Assembly (NCBI RefSeq): GCF_964355755.1
Contig: NC_092674.1
Location: forward strand, 29,016,001 to 29,080,000
DNA: 64,000 bases
Direction: 5' to 3'
Source of the DNA: Antedon mediterranea
Lineage: Eukaryota > Animalia > Echinodermata
Program-made: the position numbers and the translations under genes
The notes under the pieces: model-generated
Database searches by the model: none
What the model saw: the letters and a program-made list of their open reading frames with translations, nothing else
Told to the model about the DNA's origin: nothing
Shown: piece by piece, positions 38,701-49,900 of the stretch
Layout: every line of letters begins with the position of its first letter
Position numbering within the stretch: the first letter of the stretch is position 1

Positions 38701-41339
38701 GTTTAGTAGTGTGTGATATTCTGATTGTACAGAAACCATTTTCTGGGAAACAGAATTTAAAAAAAAACTCAATTAAGGGTACACCTTCGGAACCCAAAAA
38801 AGTGTTCCTGAATTGGAGTGTCTCCTTAATAGGAGTGTCCCCTTAATAGGAGTGTTCCTGAATTGGAGTGTCTTCTTAATATGACTGTCTCCTTTACTGC
38901 TGGTGTTGGCCATAGTGTTAACACACATACTGTATACAGTATTTCTCATTGTTTTGCAGGAAACCTAAATAGGGGTGTGAAAAAAAAGGAGTGGTTTTAA
39001 ACAGTTAAATGAATGGTCTCAAATAGAAAAACTTGCAACATAATAATGTTAACATACAATGGATTCTGTACAGTATCTTATTACTGTAACTAATAGTACA
39101 ATAGTTATTAATATTAGGGAACAAATATGATAAAAGAACTTAAATTAGTATCAATAATTTATGTTTTTTTTTCTAAATATTTTTGTTATTACCGTACTGA
39201 CGCGGGTATAAGCCCACCCCCCTTGAACATGAAATCACGTCAAGTTTGGGGGTGGGCTTATACCCGAGGATCCAAAAATGCCGATCGTCAAAAACAGCAC
39301 ATGTACACTGTGTATTCCACCATGCGAGCGACCGCCCTCACGTGTACGACGTTGCCTCTAAATACACGAGGTGTAGAGTGTCTGAAAATTAAGCTTATAG
39401 TTCGTGTAATTTATCGTAGAATATCTTATTTTAAACATCAATTGAACAAGAATTTATCAAGCAGAAAAGCAAGTATACAATGTTCGTTACATAGAAATGT
39501 ACCAAAGAAATTTAATAAGCTTGTTTATGGCAGCCGATACCAAATAGTGGTTTTCCGTTTTGGCGACTTGTAGCGTCGTGTGTGAAGCGATCATCGACCG
39601 CGATGGAGTGTAAACAAAACAGGACCGCTAGGCCTCATATGGCCTAGCGTATATTAGCCTAGCTTGGTTATGATCAAAGGTAGGTGTATTCGGTGTATGG
39701 ACGTCGCCAAATACAAAATAATGTATTACGACACACACTGTAGATCTTCGAATTAATGGGTGGGCTTATACCCGAGTGCCTAATTTTTCATGAAAATTAG
39801 TCAAAAGTTGGGGGTGGGCTTATACCCGAGTATGGGCTTATACCCGCGTCAGTACGGTACATGTACTGTACACATTCTTCAAGAATCGTGTGGAGAAAAC
39901 AAACAGTTTTTCTACAACATGTAAATTGTGAAATATCTAGAATATGTTTAAATGTGATTTAATGTAAAACTATAAAAGGTTAACATACCAAAACATACAC
40001 ACTAAATTTCAAACTTAAATATCTTTGTGATTTTAATGGTAAAAGGTTGTAATAAATTGTTGTTACTGTATGTACAGTAATACTAATAAAAAACCTTCGA
40101 ATTTAGGTTGAATTTATTCAGGCAATGTTTCAACAAAACACAAGTCAATCAATTATCCATACCTGTGTGCCCATACATACTGTAATGTGTTTTTAAATGT
40201 TAAAAAAGAATTTGGGACCTTTTGGACCTCAAGAAAGGTCTGGTTTTTATTCCATTATTTTATTTTTTTTTATTCAATTCAAAAAAATAATCACAACTGG
40301 CAGTAGTAAAATTAAATTGCATGTGATGTACAATTGATAAAATATTGAAAAAGGTGTATATAGATAAAAACATTTAGTAAAAAAACACCAAAATGTACAT
40401 AAAAAAACAGATTTTGGATCTTTTACATACATTGGTTGTTTAAAATGAGAAATATTAAAAATGGGAAAATATTAAAAATAATAATAATAATATAATGGGG
40501 AATATTAAAAATGGGAAATATTAAGATTTTTTCAGAGTCCGGTATTGAAATAGTTGAATGTATAAAATACACTAGAATGTTAAGTAGTATGCATACATTA
40601 ATGTTGCTTGGTGTCCTATCTAATTACATTAGCGTGTCTTCATTAATATTGCAATCATTTTCATAAAGTAATAAATGTACACAAATATTAATATATAAAT
40701 ATATTAATGAATGTTTATGCTCTCAACAATGAATTAAAAAAATTAATCAATTTATTCAATTTTCAAATGCCTGGGATGCTACAGCAGGCCGTTTAAAAAA
40801 AGACATCACTCTAAATTTCTTTTTTTCACAAAGTAGAACATAACGTTAATTTTCAAACGCTGACCAGCAAATAACCTTGCATGGCATTAGTACTATTCAT
40901 TATCACTTTTATTTTTCGTAATAGTAAAACTAACTGAACTTTTGTGATACAAAATTAACCAATCATATCGCAAGGATGTGTTATACATTTAAATAATTAT
41001 TTTGTTTGTTCTTTCAGTAAACATCCAAATGAACAAGTGCCCTATCATTATTACGATCTTAACTTTCGTACTGAGTGTAACTACTATAAACGTAGCGAGA
41101 TACGGCTTACCAGCGGACATCTATTCATCACAGAAAAGGCCGTGTTTGCCCGCTGGTCTAAACCACATAACATCACCTTTCATCATCCGGAATGGACGCC
41201 AAATGTATCGTTCAACGGTAGTTTAGCAACGCCGTTTTTAGAACGTTACCGCCTTGCTGGTACGCGTTTGTTTTCACGTTATCCGCATCTTAAGTTGTAT
41301 TTTCATTTCGCTGGTCTTTTCTATACTGTTGTTCATTGA
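17713..41339 (+). CDS. ST6GALNAC: Alpha-N-acetylgalactosaminide alpha-2,6-sialyltransferase, ST6GalNAc III/IV/V/VI group (GT29), 419 aa; coding exons 17713-17748, 25006-25380, 25884-26302, 35365-35472, 41018-41339
   Basis: Type II membrane topology ([12 protein letters not shown]|[23 protein letters not shown]). Sialylmotif [49 protein letters not shown], motif [25 protein letters not shown], motif [27 protein letters not shown] introns with phases 0,0,2,2. The exact vertebrate paralog cannot be assigned. Confidence 0.93.
18442..18906 (+). mobile_element. 5'-truncated L2-clade LINE: end of ORF2, 3' UTR with three repeated modules, stem-loop and (TTA)n tail
   Basis: [22 protein letters not shown] resembles the L2 ORF2 C-terminus; tail GTAAAGCACCTA...TAGGCGCTATATAAATACTGTTTATTATTATT is typical of L2. 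Confidence 0.75.
20072..21475. mobile_element. Kolobok-like non-autonomous element, 1.4 kb
   Basis: TTAA|AGTGGAGCTCCACCCAGA...TCTGAGTGTAGCTCCACT|TTAA. Confidence 0.8.
22660..23600 (-). mobile_element. L2 LINE 3' fragment (ORF2 C-terminal region), interrupted by a TIR element
   Basis: [21 protein letters not shown]...[15 protein letters not shown] / [34 protein letters not shown]...[15 protein letters not shown]; (TAA)n tail at about 22660-22683. Confidence 0.92.
23089..23415. mobile_element. Young MITE with perfect ~55-bp TIRs inserted in the L2
   Basis: TGCACTTGTCAATTGTATGACCCACTATACGACCCCCGGGAGAGGTGCGTCATTT and its exact reverse complement; TA on both sides. Confidence 0.9.
25006..25380 (+). 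CDS. ST6GALNAC: Sialyltransferase exon 2 (TM + stem)
   Basis: ttcag|ACT CCA TTT...AAT TGG|gtaagt; contains an 18-nt duplication encoding SDNHHP x2. Confidence 0.9.
25884..26302 (+). CDS. ST6GALNAC: Sialyltransferase exon 3 (sialylmotif L)
   Basis: ttcag|ACA GTT AAA TTC CAT TGT...ACA AG|gtaaga. Confidence 0.95.
26407..26630 (+). mobile_element. tRNA-derived SINE (degenerate)
   Basis: A/B-box-like head (GGTTTGGTAGG...GATTCAATTCCC) followed by CTCGGCTGTAAATGAGTACCTGG core. Confidence 0.6.
28691..28836. mobile_element. Harbinger-like MITE family (AGCTTGGTTCCCACTAG termini); other copies about 37226-37369 and 42906-43068
   Basis: TTA|AGCGTGGTTCCCACTAG...CTAGTGGGAACCAAGCT|TTA; shared internal TTGACCAATGACAAGCG-like segment. 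Confidence 0.8.
29216..29399. repeat. Minisatellite, 45-bp unit x4
   Basis: AATTAACACCTGGGCATTCAGATAGGGTGGGGGATTGCTTTAATA repeated. Confidence 0.95.
29865..30115 (-). mobile_element. 5S rRNA-derived SINE-like element (SINE3), 5'-truncated
   Basis: Minus strand 30115-30077 reads ACTTGGATGAGAGAATATCTGGGAATACCGGGTGCTGTA, matching the 3' third of animal 5S rRNA; followed by a 200-bp GC-richer body. Confidence 0.6.
30252..30722 (-). mobile_element. Crack/Daphne (CR1/L2 group) LINE 3' remnant
   Basis: [12 protein letters not shown]...[40 protein letters not shown] with a frameshift; ends GAATAAAGAATACTTGAATTTGA. Confidence 0.7.
31132..34446. mobile_element. 3.3-kb foldback element (arms 31132-32392 and 33241-34446), Academ-like termini
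   Basis: GTA|TACTCTAGTAGCTAGATCAACTTTCG...CGAAAGTTGATCTAGCTACTAGAGTA|GTA; arms are highly similar inverted copies, and the ORF track shows mirrored ORFs. Confidence 0.92.
35365..35472 (+). CDS. ST6GALNAC: Sialyltransferase exon 4 (sialylmotif S)
   Basis: ttcag|A ACA CAA GCT CGG ACT TGG CTG TCA ACG GGT TGG...TGC AT|gtaagt. Confidence 0.93.
35557..35850 (+). mobile_element. tRNA-derived SINE-like element
   Basis: GTGGTCGAGCAGTTAA...GGGTTCGAGGCTC A/B boxes; 3' hairpin TAACTGGG...CCCAGTTA. Confidence 0.5.
36582..36618 (-). ncRNA. Minimal type I hammerhead ribozyme (Penelope-like element type)
   Basis: GCA CUGAUGA A GGGC uaguguu GCCC GAAA GC UC^ UGC: intact CUGANGA and GAAA boxes, stem II, palindromic AGCU in place of stem III, 3-bp stem I. 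Confidence 0.75.
39192..39857. mobile_element. Tc1/pogo-like MITE
   Basis: TA|CCGTACTGACGCGGGTATAAGCCCA...TGGGCTTATACCCGCGTCAGTACGG|TA; internal repeats of TGGGCTTATACCCG. Confidence 0.9.
41018..41339 (+). CDS. ST6GALNAC: Sialyltransferase terminal coding exon (motifs III and VS)
   Basis: ttcag|T AAA CAT CCA AAT GAA CAA GTG CCC TAT CAT TAT TAC...CAT TGA. Confidence 0.93.
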
Positions 41340-41579
41340 TGCAAGTTATTGCATAAATTATTATTTTTTTAAGATATTTTTCTGAGGCTTAAAATATTCT
41401 CTTCGTTGACATGATTTTGTGACCAGTACAGTAGCTTATTATTACAGTGGATTCATGTCTGTGTGTTATGAGCTATTAATGCAGTTCATTGATAAAGCAG
41501 ACAATCTACCACTGTGAAATCAATGCAATCCACACTTAAGTATTTTATGATCTCTAAGTATCATAATGGGTTTATAAAG

Positions 41580-42557
41580 TAGGAATATTCTTATGACATC
41601 ATTTATATACTGTGTGGACGTACAGTACAGTAACTAAATGCGACAGATTTGGTATCATGATTGGTATAGGAATATTCTTACAGCTTCATTTACATACTGT
41701 GTGGACGTACAGTAACTAAATGCAACAGATTTGGTATCATGATTGGTTTATAGGAATATTCTTACAGCTTCATTTACATACTGTGTGGACGTACAGTAAC
41801 TAAATGCAACAGATTTGGTATCATGATTGGTTTATAGGAATATTCTTACAGCTTCATTTACATACTGTGTGGACGTACAGTAACTAAATGCAACAGATTT
41901 GGTATCATGATTGGTTTATAGGAATATTCTTACAGCTTCATTTACATACTGTGTGAACGTACAGTAACTAAATGCAACAGATTTGGTATCATGATTGGTT
42001 TATAGGAATATTCTTACAGCTTCATTTACATACTGTGTGGACGTACAGTAACTAAATGCTACAGATTTGGTATCATGATTGGTTTATAGGAATATTCTTA
42101 CAGCTTCATTTACATACTGTGTGGACGTACAGTAACTAAATGCAACAGATTTGGTATCATGATTGGTTTATAGGAATATTCTTACAGCTTCATTTACATA
42201 CTGTGTGAACGTACAGTAACTAAATGCAACAGATTTGGTATCATGATTGGTTTATAGGAATATTCTTACAGCTTCATTTACATACTGTGTGGATGTACAG
42301 TAACTAAATGCAACAGATTTGGTATCATGATTGGTTTATAGGAATATTCTTACAGCTTTATTTACATACTGTGTGGACGTACAGTAACTAAATGCAACAG
42401 ATTTGGTATCATGATTGGTTTATAGGAATATTCTTACAGCTTCATTTACATACTGTGTGAACGTACAGTAACTAAATGCAACAGATTTGGTATCATGATT
42501 GGTTTATAGGAATATTCTTACAGCTTCATTTACATACTGTGTGGACGTACAGTAACT
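41580..42557. repeat. Minisatellite, 84-bp unit x about 11.6
   Basis: TAGGAATATTCTTACAGCTTCATTTACATACTGTGTGGACGTACAGTAACTAAATGCAACAGATTTGGTATCATGATTGGTTTA. Confidence 0.97.
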
Positions 42558-43765
42558 TTAAAATGGGAGAGATTTGGAAGAGTCAATGCGTATGCCTGCG
42601 TCATTTGAATATATAACTGATTATATTGACGAACTTGCATGTATTGTAATATACTGAAAGTGACAGTTGGTAGTGTGTCGACTGTATATCAACAACTTAA
42701 TTACAAAAGCAGCATGCATGTAGTTCAAATGTAATAGTAGTAGATGCAGGTTTTATTTCATCTATTTTATACTGTTCCAATGTTCGCCACTAAATGTTTT
42801 TAATATTAGTGTGTGTTATTGAGGAAACAAAAATAGGTCGAAGGGTAAAGGTCAAGTATGGGAGAAACTGTAAATGGGATTATAAATCATTAGAACAGAA
42901 GAATAAAGGTTGGTTCCCATTAGGCCGCAACGTAAGGACGCAAGAGCATCGCAAGCGAGTTGACCAATGACAAGCGGCAGTTCAAGCGCATAATCCATCG
43001 CTTGTGATTAGTCATATTGATTGCATGTGCTTACTTCTTTGCTTAACGTCCTAGTGGAAATCAAGCTTTAAGTAAGAAAGTCAGAAATCAGGAAGTCTTC
43101 AAGGAGAGTAATCGGGGAAGATGTAGTTAGAAGGGCAGAAGATAAAAGGGGAAAAATCTGAATGCGTAGAAATTATTCGGGCAGCTTCGATTCCTTTCCA
43201 GTTTTAATTATTCTTCCAAATGGGACAATCAAATTTTATATTTTTTATCAAAAACATTTTTTTATATTAGGACATTGAATATAACAGGTATTTTTAATTA
43301 CACCCATAATTACCCATGTGGAAACCTGTATCAAGACATAGTTCATTTAATGAATCTGGATTTAGTAAATGAATAAATGTCTGATAATATTAATTAAAGT
43401 ATTAAAATATTAGGGGTTGTCAGGAGTTCCATTGACTTCCACATTCTGTTAGCAATAATGCTTTACATTCTTTTCAGTATTAGTAGTAGTATTTGTATAG
43501 TAGCTTGCTTTCTGTTATGTTCGTTAATGTTATGTCATCATTTACTTGTAATGTTAAAAGCAAAAACATTGTGATGCAGAAAAATTAGTATAGTCCTAAT
43601 GTAAATAGTGTAAATTTCAACTCAATAATTGTGACTTACTTAAAATAATACAGTTTTTAAATTAAGAGTTTCTAAGTACTGTATAATGTCTACTATAAAT
43701 GTATACATCTTAATTGTATATTTTAAATTACACTAACAATAACAGTATTTCTTATTGACAATTTA

Positions 43766-43995
43766 ACCAAGGCAATGTAACAACATGATGCTGAGCTCTG
43801 GAGATCAAAGGGTTTATCTGTGGCTGCGACACGATCAGTTCCACGACCATTAATAAATACCGCTCACCGTGGAGAATATGTACATAGTACAGTACTGTTG
43901 ATATTTGTCGCAGCCAGACATAAGATCAAAGGACTGTTACGAGTTCCTACTGTATCAAAAATGAGCTCAGTGTCCTGTTGTTAGATTACCTTGAT
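43766..43995. mobile_element. Degenerate inverted-repeat element
   Basis: CAAGGCAATGTAACAACATGATGCTGAGCTC vs GAGCTCAGTGTCCTGTTGTTAGATTACCTTG; inner TGGCTGCGACA/TGTCGCAGCCA. Confidence 0.55.
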
Positions 43996-46369
43996 CAAAC
44001 CAACGCAATCTCTTCTAAACCAGATAATAGTGAGCTTTCGACCTAGCCTAGCTAATACAGAACTTGCTGCGTCTGCAGCCTAGTTCTAGGTGGAGTCTGA
44101 CCGTCGTTGATTGAAGAAGCAGACACATTGTACAACTGACATGCTCTGTAAAATTACCGTCTCCCTTCGTATACTGTCCCAATGTGAAGGCTCACTATTA
44201 ATTATCAATCAGTATTTCTTTATGATTTATGTTTAGTATGACTGGAATCGAACAAACACCATTCCGTCTTAAAAACCAGATATTAATCAATTATAATACA
44301 GTACCAGTATTTATTTTTCATTTCTCTTCTCGAAATTGCAGTCATTTTTTAAATATACTGTAATATAACAATATAATACTGTAGGTGCATATTATTTTTT
44401 ATTAATTGAAGAAGATAAAAATGAATTTTGCTTTTTCTTGCCATAAGTATAATTTTTATTTTTTTAATTTCTTCTTTTGATTAAAACATAATTTTTTTAA
44501 AGGTCATCATCAGAATTAACTCTTTCTGATAAAAGTTCCTTTTTTTATAATCATAATTTATTTTAATTGTTATTAGTTTTAATGATTTCTATCAATCTCT
44601 AACCTACAATATATTCTTTATTATAGAATATGTTTATTATCTATCTATTTTTGTATTTTCTCGTCACTTTTCTCTTGCCATATTTAAGTGTATGCAGACA
44701 TTATATTAAGGATGTCTGCAATATTTGTCATGAGTATATCTATGCAGGACAAGCGGACATATTCTTCTTTGATATTTTCTTTTAATTTAAAGTATATTTC
44801 TCATCATTAAAGTAGTTTTTGCCCTGTAATTTTACAATTGTTTCATTATTTGGTTAGTTAGACTTCCTAGACACGCGTGTAAAATTAACCGCCATGGTCA
44901 CGTTGCCGTTACCCAGAGCCCGTTCGGACATAACAATTTACATGTGTAATGGTCGCGTGTGGTGTAAATTTTGAGATAAATCAGCTGTTTCAAAAACCCA
45001 ACTCGTAAGGTGGATTGTTCATTTACACCTTAAACTGCACTCATAGCCACAAGATAAGGAGCAATTTGACCTTACTAGTGTAAAAAGATGCATGAAATAT
45101 GACCTTGCTAGGTAAATTTACAAATTACATGTGTAAACAAAATGCTGGTTTAGCTCAGAAGGGTTTTCCACACATGTAACTAATTTTACGTCTGAACACA
45201 GCCTTAGTTATAGCTATCATAGTTTTGTATTATAAATACCCCTATTAGTATTATACCATATTACTGTATTAGTTTTATTAATCACCAAATAAAAAGTTTA
45301 TCAGCAATATTATAACATTTAAAACTCATTGTGTCTGATATATTTATTTTACCACCTACTATGTGCATTAATTGGTGACGACAGTACATGTGTTTGCTTC
45401 CAATAAAAAAAAAACCTGTAAAACACTGCAATTAAAGACCTTCAATTAGAGGTTGTAACCCTAGTAGAAGTCTTTTTTTCTTAGTACATAAAGAGAACAA
45501 AAGTACTAATAGATACAGGAGACCCCTCCTTTGGGACACCCATTCAGGAGACACCCCTTTTAGGAGAATTTGTGTTGGTCCTGAATGTGTACCCTTATTA
45601 GCGGTCCTAAATGGTCCTAAACTGACTGTACATTATTACCATAGTTGTGCTACTGTATTCTATTGCCTATTTAGTAATGTTATGTATTCTAAGTATGATT
45701 GGTTAGTAAATTCTTTGAAAAATACAACCAGGATTAGGATAGTAGAGCAGTTGCTGAGTGGAATAGTACATTTTCACAAATGATGCAACTCGTTAGAAAT
45801 CGTAAGCCATGATGGTTGTAAATCCGTAACTAGGAACTATTGCAACTCATCAGAGGATGTTGGGTTTACGGTCAAGGTTAAATACGGTGCTCTATATTAT
45901 AAACTCTTTGATTTCTTTTGAACGCCAGGTCTGTGGATGTGTGTTATTATTTGTATCAATCTGTGGGGCTGGCCAAAACCTAATTTCTCTTTTTCAATGT
46001 GTCTGTTTGGGGTCATCAACACTCTTAATAATGTCCCTTTAAATGTGTCTAGCTATAACATGTAGCCAGTGCTTGGTAGTAAATGTGTGATCTCTTTTTT
46101 TATCACCGTCTGAACTATACTACATGTTATGTGTTGCTTACTGATTCTTTTACGTTGTATAAACAATAAAAAGCAATGTAATATTTGATTTCTTTTTTGT
46201 GTTTTTTGTTGTATGTTGTTTGTTTGTTATGCGGGTGTGTAGTTTAATTTCTACGTAAAAGAGCGAAAAATGTTAACAAAAAATTTAGTATAAAATTAAA
46301 AGTCGGAGGTCAACAAATACTGCGGTCTGGACAGGCTCCCCCTACATCTTACAAGGTGGCCCTTTGTGA

Positions 46370-46674
46370 GGGCGTGTGGCGCAGTGTGTTGGACGTTCGA
46401 CTACTGATCATGAGATAGAGGTTCGAATCCACCTCTCGCCGCATTGCTTGTATCCTTAGGCAAGATACTTTACTTACGTTTGCCTCTATCCACCCAGGTG
46501 TATAAATGGGAACCCGGTTAGATCAAGACACAACTTTGCTCTGATTACTAGCTGCATTATGGGTGTATGTTTCCATACGTGTTTGATCCAAAAAATGACT
46601 GTGGTAATAATGTGCAGTGCATTGAGAGCTTGCTTATATGTGCTATATAAGAATGAACTATTATTATTATTATT
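46370..46674 (+). mobile_element. Full-length tRNA-derived SINE with CORE/V-like central domain and L2-type tail
   Basis: GTGGCGCAGTGT A-box, GGTTCGAATCC B-box, TGTATCCTTAGGCAAGATACTT...CCACCCAGGTGTATAAATGGG, tail GTGCTATATAAGAATGAACT(ATT)n. Confidence 0.85.
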
Positions 46675-46728
46675 AAAGGTAATCAATACCTGTCTATAAT
46701 AACAACCCTGTTAAATTGTTGCGACTAA

Positions 46729-46996
46729 AGCCTGGTTTCCATACATTCGCTACACGACAGAGCGTAGCGATTCTATGGAAACGCTAGAATTTATCGGGGA
46801 TCTAGTACGCGAGCGCTAAATATTCTTTGGTACGCGTATACGATTCATCGCCGACACAATCGGCAAAGTTGAACATGGTTGAACTTTGCCGATTTGACTG
46901 CGATGAATCGGGGAGTCTTCCCGATTGCGTCGGCGACATCTGCGCGTGTAGCGATTTTAATGGAAACGCTGTAGCGATTTTAATGGAAACCAGGCT
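46729..46996. mobile_element. Harbinger-like MITE
   Basis: TAA|AGCCTGGTTTCCAT...ATGGAAACCAGGCT|TAA; CpG-rich and internally palindromic. Confidence 0.85.
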
Positions 46997-49900
46997 TAAC
47001 AACAATTTTAAAGACTACATAATTTCTATCTGCTTATGATTGATACATACATCCAGATGTATAGTAGATCTGTCTGTTAGGTGAAATAATGGTTTTCCCA
47101 ATTCTGACAAGGTTGTTATTGTGAATACACTTTAAGAACAAAAGAACAAAACATTAACTACTTGACTTTCTCACACAAGACAAAATTGATTGAACTAAAG
47201 AGACGTAGGCATTTCTGAATCAATTATTGTCTTATATTCTATTCTAATGGACCTACTTCGAATCAAATAATCAATGTTGGTTATTTAAATAGCATAAGTA
47301 CAGTAAAAGCATTTTGCCATGTATCTGAAATTACAGTATAAGTCAACTCTGTAGTAAGTATATAATATATATATATAATTCACCATTTATTAGTTTCTAT
47401 CAATGGTATAACAATACAATAAAAAGAATGATAATTTATAATGAGACAATACAAATTAAATACCATTAATAGAGGATCTTGCAGGAAGAGATTTCTTGTC
47501 ACGCAAGACCCATGAACGAAAAGAAAAAAATACATTTTCAGTAGGCTTCAATTTGTAGGCCCTACACTCACCGCACGATTCTCTGTATCAAGGGAAGATC
47601 AAGGGGTGTAGCTATGGTAAATGGTCCCCTATTTCGACAGCTGAAATGAAGATATAAACTGCATTTTGACAGATTTAATATTATAATATGTTTCTATAGC
47701 GCTGTATTTCAATTTGACAGAAGTAAAGAAATTCAGTGATACATTTTTGTCACATGTTACATTACTGTAAAATGTTTTGCTTGTTATTTTTATTGCATGT
47801 TTAATGCAAAATGGGCTTTAGGCCCCTAACCCCCCCTCCCCCCACCCCAACTTAAAATTTAACATCCGTGTATTTTAAATATATAATGACTATTTTTATT
47901 TTTGTGCAACCCTATCATTTTTATCATTTATGAAATATTTAAGGCCCCCACCCACACCCCTAATCTATAATGCTGTATCTCCCCCTGCTTCCTATGATAA
48001 ATGTTGGCCAGAATATGTAGTGGGTTGATAAATTGTGGTTGGTGTTCAACAAAACAGCTATCTGCCAAATGTAATTGTTCCACAGTACAAATGAATTCAC
48101 CTTCAGTTTAATTCTCCTGGGTGAATTAATGCATTAAAATGTATATTTGACTTTCAACCATGGAAGTTATAACTCCATACTTGCATTTAATTTGTTATTA
48201 TTGCAATACAAATTCATCTTGAATTATCCAGGTACCAATTTATTCTCCTGGGTGAATAATACATATTTATATTTTTGTGTACTTCACTCACTTTTTAATA
48301 TGATTCGGAAGAGCCACCACCAAGGTAGATAAATCTATGAATAAATTGATAAAGGCGAGAAATGTAATTTATGGAGTAATATTAAAATTATGTTCTGTTT
48401 TCACTGTTTAATGTATTACTGTATGTCTCATGTAGGCCTATGTATCATGATACTACACTATATTATGTTACTGTACCGTATGTATTACAGTATGTTATAT
48501 GTGTATCACTGTGAGTGTGAAACAGAAGAAAACAAGAAAAAGGAAAAAATTTATGACACTTCACAAATTTCTGATTCTAAATTTGAACATGTTTCTTCAT
48601 ATGCAAGGAGATCCAGGGGTCATTATCCGTAGGTTCTGGACTCCGCCTCTAAACAAACAGTTTGTTGATCTCTCTGGCCTGCTCTCTGGTAATTATAATC
48701 AATCTAGACCTAGATTTTGTTTTGAGTGTGTGTGTCACAATCCTCTTGAATCTGCCACCTAGTTGATTGAACGCGATTTAAACGCATATCAATATTTATT
48801 AAGTTGACAGATTGAAATGAAATGTTTACATAACAATGATCAATGTTTCCTTGACATACTTTTACATATTATGTATGATCTTCTCCAGAAAAAATGTGTA
48901 CAGTAAAGGTCTTCACTATCAAACTTTATGTGACAAAAAAATGTGATGTGCCCATATATGGACATGATGATGTCATATCACTACCATATTTCGGCATATC
49001 ACTACCATATTTGGGAACATCACACTTTTTTGTCAAACTAGTTTGATAGTGTAGACAGAGCTTTTAAGCCTATTGTACTGTGCAGTAACGACAAATGCGC
49101 CCATGTACATTTCCTGGTGGTATGCCTACACTTTCCTGTTATGTCTCATATTCAAGCCATCCATAGAGTGTGATCCCTGGTTAATCTATTGTATAATTGA
49201 CACATATATGAAATATTATCTGACCTAAATCAGTAATATCCTGGTATATTATAGCTCTCTTCAACCTAAATTCAAAGTCATCTCGGCTTTGCTGGATACA
49301 TCCTGACGACAGAGGAGTGTTTAAATCAACAGCAATTAGTCGAAATATATTAGAACGTAAATAAATGCTTCCGTTTTGATATTTACATTCATGTACTGTT
49401 ACTACGGCGCATCTTGAAGAAAACAGTGAGACGTGATTTTATTTGCCATACCAGAGCAGATGTGAAAGACTGCTTACATTGGTGGTATACGATCAGTCTT
49501 AAACGATGTGTTCATAAAAGATACAGGTACAAACAACATAACAAATACAACAATTAATGGGATAAGCCGGGAACAATAAAATAATATAATATATTTTTAT
49601 TATATAACAATATTTTAATCGCATTGGAATGATTGAAAATCTCCACTGGACTTCACTCAAAACTACTGCTTTAAATGAATATAACTGAGACATACAGTTT
49701 AGAATATATAAAAGGAAAGAACTGTTTGAAAATGTGTGTGTAAAATTGCCAATACATATTTGGTATACCCACTACATATCCTCCCTGACACACAAACAAA
49801 TAAAAAGTGAGTCAAAATCGAATATTCATACAATAATCTTATATTTAATATATTCCCAATACTATCAAGTAACATATTACAGTACTACAGCATGTGTAAT

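Noticed and set aside
39127-39573. 148-aa ORF
   Set aside because: It runs through a MITE TIR and has no recognisable domain.
46370-46440. tRNA gene (also 26407 and 35557)
   Set aside because: A/B boxes are present but the cloverleaf is imperfect and continues into a SINE body.
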